64,000 bases of DNA, taken from contig OZ257156.1 in NCBI GenBank assembly GCA_965279375.1, forward strand, positions 2,240,001-2,304,000, written 5' to 3'. Each line of letters begins with the position of its first letter. The first letter of the stretch is position 1. A program made the translations under genes and the position numbers. Positions 46,943 to 57,417 of the stretch are shown one piece after another. The stretch is from Gemmatimonas sp. GTDB lineage: Bacteria; Gemmatimonadota; Gemmatimonadetes; Gemmatimonadales; Gemmatimonadaceae. A model generated the notes under the pieces. That model saw only the letters and a program-made list of their open reading frames with translations. It had not been told where the DNA came from and did not search any database.

Positions 46943-47910
46943 GTGAGTTCCACCCGCCATTGCGCGCGACGCCATCGAGCCCATTCGAGGCCATCAAGCG
47001 GCGCACGATCACGCCGCTGGACTCGCCTGCCGTGCGGGCCGGATCGGAGAATCCCTCGCTCTACTTCCCGCTCAGCGCCGACGAAACGACGGCGCTCGTG
47101 CGGGCAGCGTTGCTGGAAGACGAAGCCTTCGACGACATCTCCACCCTCGCCACCGTCGTCTCGACGCGTCATGTCCGCGCCACGATCGTCGCGCGACGCG
47201 ACGGATACATCGCCGGCCTTCCCCTCGCCGTCGAGGCGTTCCGGCAGCTCGATCCTTCAATCGTCGCACGCGTCGAGGCCGAGGACGGCACGCCGGTGCC
47301 GGCCGGTCATCCGGTGCTGCACCTCACCGGCCACGCGCGCGGCATGCTCTCCGCCGAACGCGTCGCGCTCAACTACCTGCAGCATCTGTCGGGTATCGCC
47401 ACGCTCACGGCGCGTTTCGTGGCGCTCGTGAACGGCACCAACGCGCGCATCCTCGACACGCGCAAGACGACGCCGGGATGGCGCCGACTCGAGAAGTACG
47501 CCGTGCGCGCAGGCGGCGGCACGAATCACCGGTTAACGCTGCGTACCGGCGTGCTGATCAAGGACAACCATCTCGCCGCGATCAACGGCGACATCGCCGC
47601 GGCCGTCACGCGTGCCCGCGCACTCGCCGAGGCCGGTACGCCGGTGCAGGTCGAGTGCGACACGCTCGATCAGGTGGATGCCGCACTCGCCGCCGGTGCC
47701 GACTGGATTCTGCTCGACAACATGCCGCTCGACATCCTCCGACAGGCGGTGGCCCGCGCCAAGGGACGCGCCGTCACTGAGGCGTCTGGTGGCGTTTCGC
47801 TGGACACGGTGCGCGACATCGCCGAGTGCGGCGTCGATCGCATCTCGATCGGAGCACTCACCCACTCGGCGCCGGCGCTCGACCTCGCGCTCGACTTCGA
47901 CGGCCTGTAG
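46939..47910 (+). CDS. nadC: Quinolinate phosphoribosyltransferase
   Basis: ERVALN, DTRKTTPG, NHR, IKDNH, LLDNM, EASGG, GALTHS. Confidence 0.96.
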   Translation: MSEFHPPLRATPSSPFEAIKRRTITPLDSPAVRAGSENPSLYFPLSADETTALVRAALLEDEAFDDISTLATVVSTRHVRATIVARRDGYIAGLPLAVEAFRQLDPSIVARVEAEDGTPVPAGHPVLHLTGHARGMLSAERVALNYLQHLSGIATLTARFVALVNGTNARILDTRKTTPGWRRLEKYAVRAGGGTNHRLTLRTGVLIKDNHLAAINGDIAAAVTRARALAEAGTPVQVECDTLDQVDAALAAGADWILLDNMPLDILRQAVARAKGRAVTEASGGVSLDTVRDIAECGVDRISIGALTHSAPALDLALDFDGL

Positions 47911-47924
47911 GCACATCTGACGTC

Positions 47925-48866
47925 ATGCCTGTCCGACTTCCTCCCGTTACTGATCGCGCGCAACGCCTGCTGTTCGAAGGCATCGTGGACTACGCTGGAC
48001 TGTTTCCGCCGGCGTCCGTTTCGATGAAGACGGCGGTCCGCAACTACGCCAACTATCGCGGTGGAGGCGCGGCGTGGATGCTGGGGCGCTTCGTCTGTCC
48101 CGCCAACGCGCTCGACGAGTTCTCCGCGCAGGCCGAAGTGCTGCTGCCACGCGATGCCGGTGCGATTCCATGGCGCTTGTCGGCGATCGGCAGCGCCGAC
48201 GCGGCGGCGGATATCGCCGCCATCGCGGCATTCAACGAGCGGCATCGCGTCTGCTTCGACGAAGTGGGCGCCGTGGTCGACTCGTACGAGACGCGCGTAA
48301 CGTCGGTGGAGGAGATCGCGAGCATCTCTGCGCGCCTGCCACGCGAGTTGACCACCTACTTCGAGTTTCCACTCGCCCCCGATCCCAAGACGTACGCGAC
48401 GGCGATCGCCCGCGTGAATCGGTGCGCGAAGCTGCGCCTCGGGGGACTCACGCCAGAAGCGTTTCCGTCCTCGAGTGATGTGATTCGCGCCATGGCTGCA
48501 TGCATCGCCGCGGGCGTGCCGACCAAGGCGACCGCAGGACTCCATCACCCGATCTGCGGTGACTACAAACTCACGTACGACGAGGCATCGCCCGTTGGGC
48601 CGATGTACGGCTTCGTGAATGTCTTTCTGGCCGCGGCGTATCTCGCGGCCGGCGGTCTGCACGACGAAGCGCAGCGACTGCTCCTCGAGCAGAACGCGCT
48701 CACCCTCGAGATCAATGATCACAGCATCGCGTGGCGCGGCGCGCACGGAACACACCATTTCGATCGCGAGCTGCTGCAGCGCGTGCGGGAGCGCGTCATG
48801 ACCAGCTTCGGCTCCTGCTCGTTCAACGAACCGGTGGACGAATCGCGACGACTGGGGCTCGCATGA
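47925..48866 (+). CDS. Conserved hypothetical protein coupled to fahA
   Basis: GIVDYAGLFPPA, AKLRLGG, KATAGLHHP, YGFVNV, SFGSCSFNEP motifs. ATGA overlap with fahA. Confidence 0.8.
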   Translation: MPVRLPPVTDRAQRLLFEGIVDYAGLFPPASVSMKTAVRNYANYRGGGAAWMLGRFVCPANALDEFSAQAEVLLPRDAGAIPWRLSAIGSADAAADIAAIAAFNERHRVCFDEVGAVVDSYETRVTSVEEIASISARLPRELTTYFEFPLAPDPKTYATAIARVNRCAKLRLGGLTPEAFPSSSDVIRAMAACIAAGVPTKATAGLHHPICGDYKLTYDEASPVGPMYGFVNVFLAAAYLAAGGLHDEAQRLLLEQNALTLEINDHSIAWRGAHGTHHFDRELLQRVRERVMTSFGSCSFNEPVDESRRLGLA

Positions 48867-50224
48867 GTGCAGCGAGTGCAAACGGAGCCGTGGCGTTCGA
48901 CGCCACGGTGGACCCGGCGCGCCGCAGCTGGGTGCACAGTGCCAACGATGGCGTGACGCCGTTTCCCATCCAGAACCTGCCGTACGGCATCTTTCGAAGA
49001 GCCGGCACCCAGGAACAGCCTCGCGTCGGCGTCGCGATTGGCAGCAGCATCCTCGACCTTCCGGCCTGCATCGCGGCCAATCTGATCGACGGTACTAACA
49101 CTGCGTTGCAGCAGGCAGCCGCGGCTTGTGCGCATGCCTCGCTCAACACGCTCATGGCGTGCGAGGTGACCTCGCGCGTTGCTCTGCGCGCGGCGATCTC
49201 CGCGCTGCTGGCCGATTCGGCGCCAACGCATCAGCAGCAGATCGCCGCGTACGCGCTCGTCGCGCAAAGCGAGGCGGAACTGTTTTTGCCGGCCAATATC
49301 GGCGACTACACCGACTTCTACGCGTCCATGCATCACGCGACGAACGTGGGCTCGATGTTCCGCCCGGACAGCCCGCTGCTCCCCAACTACAAATGGGTGC
49401 CCATCGGCTATCACGGACGCGCGTCGTCGATCGTGGTCTCGGGTACCCCCATCCGTCGTCCATCGGGACAGCGCAAAGGCCCCGACGACGCGGTGCCATC
49501 GGTCGGCCCGTCTCGCTCGCTCGACTACGAACTCGAGCTCGGCGCGTTCGTCGCGCGCGGCAATGCACTCGGCGATACCATTGCGATCGCGGATGCGTCG
49601 TCGCACCTGTTCGGCTTCTGTCTGCTCAACGACTGGTCGGCCCGCGACATCCAGAGCTGGGAGTATCAGCCGTTGGGCCCGTTTCTGGCCAAAAACTTCG
49701 CCAGCAGCATAAGTCCGTGGGTGGTGACGATGGAGGCGCTCGCGCCGTTCCGTGCGCCGCTGGCCGCGCGAGCGGAGGGCGATCCGGCGCCGCTGCCGTA
49801 TCTGGATGACGCGACCGATCGTGCGCTGGGTGGACTTTCGGTCACGCTGGAGGTGTCGCTGCGCACCGCGAAAATGCGAACAGAAGGCGAGCCGGCGCAT
49901 CGGCTGACGCAGTCGAGTGCGCTCGATCTGTACTGGACGGCGGCGCAGTTGCTGGCGCATCACGCCAGCAGTGGCTGCAACATGCGTCCCGGCGATTTGC
50001 TGGGGAGCGGCACCATTTCCGGCGCGGCGAAGGACAGTCGCGGCTGTCTGTTGGAGCTGACGTGGCGCGGCGCGGAGCCGGTCACGCTCCCCAATGGCGA
50101 AGTGCGACGTTTCCTCGAGGACGGCGACGAAGTCATCATGACAGCGATCGCGGAGCGCGCAGGCGCCGTCCGCATCGGCTTTGGCGAATGCCGAGGAATC
50201 ATCGAGCACGCTGTCCGCAACTGA
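48863..50224 (+). CDS. fahA: Fumarylacetoacetase
   Basis: FPIQNLPYG, DYTDFY, YHGRASS, LDYELE, NDWSARDIQ, WEYQPLGPF, GSGTISG. Confidence 0.95.
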   Translation: MSAASANGAVAFDATVDPARRSWVHSANDGVTPFPIQNLPYGIFRRAGTQEQPRVGVAIGSSILDLPACIAANLIDGTNTALQQAAAACAHASLNTLMACEVTSRVALRAAISALLADSAPTHQQQIAAYALVAQSEAELFLPANIGDYTDFYASMHHATNVGSMFRPDSPLLPNYKWVPIGYHGRASSIVVSGTPIRRPSGQRKGPDDAVPSVGPSRSLDYELELGAFVARGNALGDTIAIADASSHLFGFCLLNDWSARDIQSWEYQPLGPFLAKNFASSISPWVVTMEALAPFRAPLAARAEGDPAPLPYLDDATDRALGGLSVTLEVSLRTAKMRTEGEPAHRLTQSSALDLYWTAAQLLAHHASSGCNMRPGDLLGSGTISGAAKDSRGCLLELTWRGAEPVTLPNGEVRRFLEDGDEVIMTAIAERAGAVRIGFGECRGIIEHAVRN

Positions 50225-50229
50225 CCGCC

Positions 50230-51627
50230 ATGAACGACCTGTTGTTTGCCCGATCGCAGATGGCGGTCTCTCTCGCCTTTCACATCATCTTCGCGGTGGT
50301 GGGCATTGGCATGCCCATGCTGATGGTGATCGCCGAGTGGCGGTGGTTCAAGGCGCGCGAACCGATCCTGCTCGAGCTGGCGAAGCGCTGGGCCAAGGGA
50401 ACCGCGATCCTGTTCGCCGTGGGTGCGGTGTCGGGCACCGTGCTGTCGTTCGAGCTCGGGTTGCTGTGGCCCGGCTTCATGGAGCACGCCGGGGCGATCA
50501 TCGGCATGCCGTTTTCGCTAGAAGGTTTTGCGTTCTTCACCGAAGCGATCTTCCTCGGCATCTACCTCTACGCGTGGAAGCGCATCTCACCCAAGGCCCA
50601 TCTGGCGGCCGGCGTTGTGGTGGCGTTCAGCGGTGCGTTGAGCGGTGCGTTCGTGGTGTGCGCGAATGCCTGGATGAATGCGCCGGCCGGCTTCAAGATC
50701 GTCAACGGCGAATTCACGGACATCGACCCGGTCGCCGCGATGTTCAACGCGGCCGCTGCGCCCGAGATCGTGCACATGACGTTGGCCGCATTCGCCGCAA
50801 CCGGCTTCGCGGTCGCGGGTGTGCATGCGTTCGCGTTGCTGCGCGGTACGCCGCATCGTGCCTTTCATCGCGCGGCGCTCCAGATCGCGCTCATCATGGG
50901 AGTGCCGGCCGCCTTGGTGCAGCCCATTTCCGGTGATTGGTCGGCGCGAGGCGTCGCTGAGCGGCAGCCGGTCAAGCTGGCCGCGATGGAAGGGCATCTG
51001 CGCACCGGGCCGGCGTCGTTGATGATCGGTGGCGTGCTCGATACGCGCACGCTCGAGCATCGCGGCGCGATCGAGATTCCGGGGGCACTCTCGCTGCTCT
51101 TGCACGGCGATCGCGACGCGAGCGTTCCCGGATTGGACAACGTGCCGCCGGCCGATCGTCCCCCTGTCGGTGTGGTGCACACGGCGTTTCAGATCATGAT
51201 CGCCTGCGGCATGGCGATGGCGGGTCTCGGTGTGTGGGCCGTGTGGCGTGCGCGTCGGCGCAAGCGCGGCCTTGGCGCCGCGCTCCCCGATGATCGCCGT
51301 TTCCTGCGTGCCGTCGTACTGGCCTCGCCGATGGGCTTCATCGCGCTCGAGGCCGGATGGACGGTGACGGAAGTGGGCCGACAACCGTGGATCGTGCAGG
51401 GCTTCATGCGCACCGCGGAAGCAGTCACGCCGATGCCCGGGCTCGTGGTGTCGTTCGTGCTCTTCTCACTGCTATACGTGGGTCTCGCCATCACGGTCGT
51501 GTTCCTGCTGTGGCGCCAGATCATCAAGACCGGCATCAGCGGACCGGCCGCGCCCATCAACATGACCAGCGAACTGCAGCTGCCGCCGCTCACGCCCACT
51601 GGCTCGTACCGCCTGTTTCGTGAGTGA
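50230..51627 (+). CDS. cydA: Cytochrome bd oxidase subunit I (short Q-loop type)
   Basis: FHIIF, EIVHM, QPVKLAAMEG, FQIM, EVGRQPW. Confidence 0.95.
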   Translation: MNDLLFARSQMAVSLAFHIIFAVVGIGMPMLMVIAEWRWFKAREPILLELAKRWAKGTAILFAVGAVSGTVLSFELGLLWPGFMEHAGAIIGMPFSLEGFAFFTEAIFLGIYLYAWKRISPKAHLAAGVVVAFSGALSGAFVVCANAWMNAPAGFKIVNGEFTDIDPVAAMFNAAAAPEIVHMTLAAFAATGFAVAGVHAFALLRGTPHRAFHRAALQIALIMGVPAALVQPISGDWSARGVAERQPVKLAAMEGHLRTGPASLMIGGVLDTRTLEHRGAIEIPGALSLLLHGDRDASVPGLDNVPPADRPPVGVVHTAFQIMIACGMAMAGLGVWAVWRARRRKRGLGAALPDDRRFLRAVVLASPMGFIALEAGWTVTEVGRQPWIVQGFMRTAEAVTPMPGLVVSFVLFSLLYVGLAITVVFLLWRQIIKTGISGPAAPINMTSELQLPPLTPTGSYRLFRE

Positions 51628-52738
51628 TCTGCTCGTGAGTGATCTGCTGCAGTCGCTCGCGCAGAGCGTACCGGCGGAGACCGCGAGCGCGCTCACGTGG
51701 ACGCTCCCCAACGCCGTCGCCGGCGTGATGGTGCTCTCGCTCAACGCGTACGTGCTGCTGGCCGGCGCGGATTTTGGTGGCGGTGTGTGGGACCTCTTCG
51801 CTCGAGGCAAGGACAAGGACGAACAGCGTGCGCTGATCGAAGAAGCCATCGGCCCGATCTGGGAAGCGAATCACGTCTGGCTCATCCTCGTCGTCGTACT
51901 GCTCTTCAGCTGTTTTCCCAAAGCGTTCGCGCATCTCGCCACCGAGTTGCACCTGCCCATCACGCTGATGCTCGTCGGCATCGTGCTGCGCGGTTCAGCG
52001 TTCACCTTTCGCACCTACGACAGCAAGGACGACTCGGTACAACGGCGCTGGGGGCGCATCTTCTCCGTGGCCAGCGTGGCGACGCCGATCGTACTCGGGC
52101 TCTGCCTCGGCGCCGTTGCCAGCGGTCGCGTGCCGTACGGAGCGGCACAGGGGGCGCGCTCGTTCGCCGAGCGCTTCGTCGCACCATGGTTGTCGTCGCC
52201 GTTTGCCTGGTCGGTGGGCGTCTTTGCGCTGGCGCTGTTCGCGTTTCTGGCGGCGACCTACCTGACCGTGGAAGCGCCAACGACTGCACTGCGCGAGATC
52301 TTCCGTCGCCGCGCGCTGCAGACGCAGGGGGCACTGCTTGCCGCCGCCTTCGTGACGATCGTCCTCGCGCGCCTCGATGCGCCGTTGGTCTTTCGCGGAC
52401 TCACCGCCGGAAGCGTTGCGCTGGGCATGCACGCGGTCACGGCCGTGACTGCAGTTACGGCGGTGTACGCGCTGTGGCATCGGAGCTATCAGGTGGCGCG
52501 CCTGGCCGCCATCGCACAGGCCAGCTTCATCCTGTGGGGATGGGCGTGGAGCCAGTTCCCGTGGCTATTGCCCCCCGACCAGACCATCACGGCGCTCGCG
52601 GCGCCGCGGGTGACGCTCAAGCTCACACTCGGCGCACTCGCGATCGGTACGGCCATTCTCCTGCCCAGCTTCCTCTACCTCTTTCGCATTTTCAAGTCGG
52701 GAAGCACCGCCTTCGAAGGGGTCAAGGAAACGCCGTAG
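51620..52738 (+). CDS. cydB: Cytochrome bd oxidase subunit II
   Basis: GADFGGG, IGPIWEANHVWL, LRGSAF. Start uncertain. Confidence 0.93.
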   Translation: MSDLLVSDLLQSLAQSVPAETASALTWTLPNAVAGVMVLSLNAYVLLAGADFGGGVWDLFARGKDKDEQRALIEEAIGPIWEANHVWLILVVVLLFSCFPKAFAHLATELHLPITLMLVGIVLRGSAFTFRTYDSKDDSVQRRWGRIFSVASVATPIVLGLCLGAVASGRVPYGAAQGARSFAERFVAPWLSSPFAWSVGVFALALFAFLAATYLTVEAPTTALREIFRRRALQTQGALLAAAFVTIVLARLDAPLVFRGLTAGSVALGMHAVTAVTAVTAVYALWHRSYQVARLAAIAQASFILWGWAWSQFPWLLPPDQTITALAAPRVTLKLTLGALAIGTAILLPSFLYLFRIFKSGSTAFEGVKETP

Positions 52739-52804
52739 CAGGAAACGCCTCCGATGCGAACGGTGCAGTTGGCACATCGCCTCGGTGCGCACCAGATTGG
52801 ACTG

Positions 52805-53500
52805 ATGCGCCCAGACCTGATCCGCGTTGTACTCGTTGACGATCACCAGATCGTTCGTGCAGGCCTCAAGGCCGTGCTTTCTACGGCGAAGGACATCACC
52901 GTCGTTGGCGAAGGGAGCAACGGCAAGGACGCACTCGCACTGGCGGAGCGTCTCGACCCGCACGTGATCGTGATGGATCTGTCGATGCCGGAGATGGACG
53001 GACTCTCCGCCACGCGCGAGTTGCACAAGCTGAACGCCACGCGCCCGCCACGTCCCGATGAGCCGACCACGCGACGTGTGCTCGTGCTCACCATGCACAC
53101 CGAGGACGAGCATCTGGTCGCGCTGCTGGAGGCCGGAGCAGGTGGCTACCTGCTCAAGTCGGTGGCCGATCGCGAGTTGGTGGATGCAGTGCGCACCGTG
53201 GCGGCGGGCGATGTGTACGTGCAGCCCACCGCGGCGCGTGCGCTGGCGCGTGGGCTGGCCCGGCGCGATGGCAACGCCGAGGAGCGTACGCGCTTCGAAA
53301 AGCTGACCGATCGCGAGCAGGTGGTGCTCAAGATGGTCGCCGAAGGCTATACGGCGCCCGAGATCGGCGAACAGTTGAGCATCAGCCCCAAGACGGTGGA
53401 TACGTACAAGCAACGCATCGGTGAGAAGCTGGGGCTCTCACATCGCACCGACTACGTGAAGTTCGCGCTGCGTCTGGGGCTGCTCAAGAACGAGAGCTGA
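52805..53500 (+). CDS. NarL/LuxR-family response regulator
   Basis: VDDHQIVRAG, MDLSMPEMDG, LTDREQVVL...ISPKTVDTY. Confidence 0.93.
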   Translation: MRPDLIRVVLVDDHQIVRAGLKAVLSTAKDITVVGEGSNGKDALALAERLDPHVIVMDLSMPEMDGLSATRELHKLNATRPPRPDEPTTRRVLVLTMHTEDEHLVALLEAGAGGYLLKSVADRELVDAVRTVAAGDVYVQPTAARALARGLARRDGNAEERTRFEKLTDREQVVLKMVAEGYTAPEIGEQLSISPKTVDTYKQRIGEKLGLSHRTDYVKFALRLGLLKNES

Positions 53501-53525
53501 CGAACGCAATGGTCGGCGAGGCGGC

Positions 53526-55382
53526 TTAGCTCTCGCCGCGCCGTGTACTCGCCTTCGCCTGCTCGTCCCGGTTGAGGCTCCACGCCGGCAGTGGCGGAAT
53601 GGGTACATCCAACAGCGCGTCGCTGCTCGCGTAACCGGCGTCGGCGCGCGCCGTACCCGCCACACGCACGCGCAACGCATCGATGGCGTCGCCAGACTCA
53701 CCATCGAGCTCGGCACGCGCCGCCCGAAATCGCAGCCCGGATTGCAGACAGAACAAATCGGTCAGCGCGATCTCTCGCGCGCACGCATCGACGCCGCGCT
53801 CTTCGATGAGCCGCTGCGTACGCGCCACCGTGGCCGTGCGCGCGTACAGTTCCATCGCCATGTCCGCGAGACGTTCCACCACCAGCTGCCGGTGCACGAT
53901 CTCCTTGCGATGCTTGGTGACTGCGCGTGCCGTCGCCTGTGACAGCTCCACGACATGCCGCTCGATGTACGACGCGTTGTCACGCAGGCTGGCGTGCAAT
54001 GTGGTTTCGAACTTGTCGCGAGCACCCAGCGCCGTGCGCACGCGCTGCGCGGCGTAGCTCGACACCAGCACGAGGTTCTCCAGCTGCGATGGATTGCGCA
54101 GCGCCTCGGCCAGCTCCTGCAGCTCGGCGGCGGGACCCTGAATGCCGTTGAGCCCCACGAAGAGCCGCAGCACTTCGTTGGCTCCTTCGAAAATGCGATT
54201 GATGCGCGCCTCGCGCAGATAGCGCTCGTACGGCCATGGCTTCACGAATCCGCGCCCGCCGGCCAACTGCACCAGCTCGTCCGACGTACGCCACACCAGT
54301 TCACTCGCAAAAATCTTGCAGCAGGCGGCTTCCAGCGATGCATCCACCTCGTCGCCGTCGAGCGATGCCGCTAGAGAACCCACCATCGCATCGAGCGCAT
54401 ACGTCTCGGACGCGGTCGTGGCGAGCTTGCGCTGTGTGATCTCGAACGACGCGAGCGGTCCGCCAAACTGCGTGCGCGCTTCTGTGTATCGCGTCATTTC
54501 GCCTAACAGACGCTTGCAGGCCGAGGCGCAACCCGATGCAAGACTCAAGCGTCCCGCGTTGAGTGCATTCACCGCCACACGAAATCCCTTGCCCACCTCG
54601 CCAAGCACATGGTCGTCCGGCACGTACATCTCGTCGAACACCAACTCGGCCTGCGTGGAGCCGCGGATGCCCAGCTTGCGAATGGTGCCGTCCACGACGA
54701 ACCCCGGCATGTCCGGGCGCACGATGAAGGCGGTCGGGCGGTGCACCGTCTTGCCATCTCGCTGCACCGGCGTCTGCGCGAACGTGACCACGACCCCCGC
54801 GCGATGCCCGTTGCCGATCCAGTGCTTGCGCCCGTTCAGGATCCAGCCGCGATCGTCCGGGGCACGGCGCGCCGTCGACACGATGTTCTGTGCATCAGAT
54901 CCCGTTTCCGGCTCCGTCAGCGCATACGCTGCCAGCGTGTCACCACGCGCGAGCATCGGGAGATAGCGCGCCTTCTGTTGATCGTTGCCGAACAGCACGA
55001 CTGCCTTGCCCCCCAAGCCGCAGTGCACGCCGATCAGCACGGCCAGCGACGGATCGATGGCAGCCACGGCACCGAAGACTCTCGCGTATGCAGAGTTGCT
55101 CAGTCCGAGTCCGCCGTACGCCTTGGGGATCGTCAACGCGAGCAGCCCCTTCTCGGCGAACGCCTTGATCACCGCTTCATCGAGGCCCTCCTGCTCGTCG
55201 ATGCGCACCGAGTCGATCAGCCCCGAACTCACCATCGCGTTCAGTGCGCTGGCGATGCGCCGCACCTCGGCCGCTTCCGCCGGGTTACGCTCCTCGAGCG
55301 ACGCGGGATACGGAAACATCAACTCGTCAGCGATATCGCCGGCAAAGAGTCCGCGAAGGAAGGACGGCTTCTCAGTACTCAC
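53526..55382 (-). CDS. Acyl-CoA dehydrogenase, long (VLCAD/ACAD9-like) form
   Basis: ALTEPETGSD, LNGRKHWIGN, KLGIRGS, RTQFG, RIFEGANE. GTG 55382 has a GGAG RBS. Confidence 0.93.
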   Translation of the reverse strand: MSTEKPSFLRGLFAGDIADELMFPYPASLEERNPAEAAEVRRIASALNAMVSSGLIDSVRIDEQEGLDEAVIKAFAEKGLLALTIPKAYGGLGLSNSAYARVFGAVAAIDPSLAVLIGVHCGLGGKAVVLFGNDQQKARYLPMLARGDTLAAYALTEPETGSDAQNIVSTARRAPDDRGWILNGRKHWIGNGHRAGVVVTFAQTPVQRDGKTVHRPTAFIVRPDMPGFVVDGTIRKLGIRGSTQAELVFDEMYVPDDHVLGEVGKGFRVAVNALNAGRLSLASGCASACKRLLGEMTRYTEARTQFGGPLASFEITQRKLATTASETYALDAMVGSLAASLDGDEVDASLEAACCKIFASELVWRTSDELVQLAGGRGFVKPWPYERYLREARINRIFEGANEVLRLFVGLNGIQGPAAELQELAEALRNPSQLENLVLVSSYAAQRVRTALGARDKFETTLHASLRDNASYIERHVVELSQATARAVTKHRKEIVHRQLVVERLADMAMELYARTATVARTQRLIEERGVDACAREIALTDLFCLQSGLRFRAARAELDGESGDAIDALRVRVAGTARADAGYASSDALLDVPIPPLPAWSLNRDEQAKASTRRGES

Positions 55383-55414
55383 AACAGACTCCAACGGCAG
55401 GTGAGAGACGCGAA

Positions 55415-55442
55415 CGGGGCGATCTCGTCTGAGACCGCCCCG
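55415..55442. terminator. Hairpin or operator-like palindrome upstream of the acyl-CoA dehydrogenase
   Basis: CGGGGCGATCTC-GTCT-GAGACCGCCCCG. Confidence 0.45.
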
Positions 55443-55504
55443 CTCGGAAAGCTATCCGCATCGCCTGCCAGACGGCGGGGCGTGCGACGTACTGCGAGAA
55501 ACGG

Positions 55505-57208
55505 TTAGGGGATGACCGTCACGGTCACGACAACCGGTCGCCCTTCATTCTGATTGTTGGCGTTGAGCGCCTGCAGCGTCAGCGTGGACGTACCCAGCGC
55601 AAGCCCAAGCACGTTCACCTGATTGCCGGTGGTCGTCGGGCCCGTTGCGGAAATCACGCCGGGCGCGCTGTTGGTGATGGCTACGGTCCGATTGCGCAGC
55701 GTGTTGCCATTCGCGTCGAGCACGGTGAAGGAGAACGCCGTCTGGTTGATGGTACCAGTCTTCAAGGTGATCGCCGCGGAGGGCGTCGTGATCTGATCGA
55801 CCGGGATCTGCTGAATCACGATGGAGCTCTGCGCCGCGCGATTCTCAGTCGTGGCCGTGATCAGCACCGTACCCGGTGCCGTCGCCGTCACCAATCCCGA
55901 GGTCGACACCGTGGCGCGCGACGGATCGCTCGTCAGCCATTCGATCGTGCGGTCGGTGACAATCGTTCCGGCGGAGTCCGTGACCGTTGCGTTGATCTGG
56001 ACGGTCTTGCCTTCAATGATTGCCGCTTGAAGCGGTGTCACCGTGATCGAGCCGACCGGAATCTTGGTCACCGGGAAGCTGACGGTGTCCGAGACGCCTT
56101 CGGACGTGGCCACCACCCGCGCAGTGCCCAGTGCAATGCCGGTCACGATGCCCGCCTGCGACACCGAGGCGATGGTCGGCGTGCTGCTCGACCAGGTGAC
56201 GATGCGTCCGGCGGGTACCTGCGTGTTGGTGCTGTCCAGCAGGGCCACCGACAGGCCGCGCGGAATGCCGATGCGTAGCGAGCCAGTACGTTGCTGAATG
56301 ACGACCTGCACGATGCGCGGGTCCACCACTTCGACGGTGGCCGAGCAGGTGATGGCGGGATACTCCACCGACGCCAGCGTGATCTTTGCGGTGCCAGCGC
56401 GACGCGTCGACACGAAGCCCGTGCCCGAAACCGTCGCCACGTTTTCGTTGTCGCTAGTCCACACGACCGGGCGGCCGAGGTTGGTCAGCACCGCGTTGGC
56501 CGTATCACGCAGCGTCAGCGTCGGCTGCACGTTCTGACCGGCGGTGACCCTGAAGGTCGACGGCGCCAATGAGCAGCTGCCGATCGGCAACTCGGTGACG
56601 ATCAACTGCGCGCTGGCGAAGATGTTGTTGGCGTCCGCCGTGATGGAGACCTGACCCGCGGCGATCGCGGTGACGAGGCCCGTCGAGGTCACCGACGCAA
56701 TCGACGAGTTGCTGGACGTCCAGCGAATGGTCTGACCCGTGATCGGCTGTTGCTGCGCGTTGAGCGGAATGGCGCTGAACTGCCGCAGGTTGCCGCGACG
56801 CAGCGTGGCGGTCGGCGGGTTCACGGACACCGAGGCGGCGAACTCCGGCGTGACCGTTACCGGCACCGTGGCCGACTTTCCGTCCGCCACCGCAGACACC
56901 GTCGTGTTTCCAACGCCGACGGCGATGATCTGTCCGCTGATCGTCACCGTCGCCACCGCAGGGTTCGCCGTGGCAAAAGTGATGGTCTTCTTGGCAATCG
57001 AGTTGCCCTTACAGTCGAAGGCGGTCGCCGAAATGTTGATCGCCTGATTCATCGAAATCGTCACCGTCGACGGCGCGATCGTGACCGTACAGGCCGTGAT
57101 ATTCGGATTCAGGTCCAGACAGCTCGCTGCCCCGGTCAGGGTGAGCAGCGCAGCAACGACGCGAGTGCGGCGCTGGATGATCGAGGCGATTGGGGCAAAG
57201 ACCCGCAT
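55505..57208 (-). CDS. Lipoprotein with tandem bacterial Ig-like (Big_2) repeats
   Basis: LTGAASC lipobox, at least five repeats of WxSS/D...ATVS..G.VTA...G. Confidence 0.88.
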   Translation of the reverse strand: MRVFAPIASIIQRRTRVVAALLTLTGAASCLDLNPNITACTVTIAPSTVTISMNQAINISATAFDCKGNSIAKKTITFATANPAVATVTISGQIIAVGVGNTTVSAVADGKSATVPVTVTPEFAASVSVNPPTATLRRGNLRQFSAIPLNAQQQPITGQTIRWTSSNSSIASVTSTGLVTAIAAGQVSITADANNIFASAQLIVTELPIGSCSLAPSTFRVTAGQNVQPTLTLRDTANAVLTNLGRPVVWTSDNENVATVSGTGFVSTRRAGTAKITLASVEYPAITCSATVEVVDPRIVQVVIQQRTGSLRIGIPRGLSVALLDSTNTQVPAGRIVTWSSSTPTIASVSQAGIVTGIALGTARVVATSEGVSDTVSFPVTKIPVGSITVTPLQAAIIEGKTVQINATVTDSAGTIVTDRTIEWLTSDPSRATVSTSGLVTATAPGTVLITATTENRAAQSSIVIQQIPVDQITTPSAAITLKTGTINQTAFSFTVLDANGNTLRNRTVAITNSAPGVISATGPTTTGNQVNVLGLALGTSTLTLQALNANNQNEGRPVVVTVTVIP

Positions 57209-57417
57209 GCAGGTCGGTCCTGTCGGAGATGAGAAGAGGGTAGCGCCACCACGGACGCACAACCAGAGACGCATGGTACGGTATAGCCGTAACCGTCACG
57301 CCACGGGAACGGCACAAGACAAGCTGACTAGCCAGTGGCAGCCGAGCAACCCAAACGGGCCGACGAGCCGTACCCCGTGGACTGAGGAGGGTTCATCCCG
57401 CCAAGTTACGGCATCCT

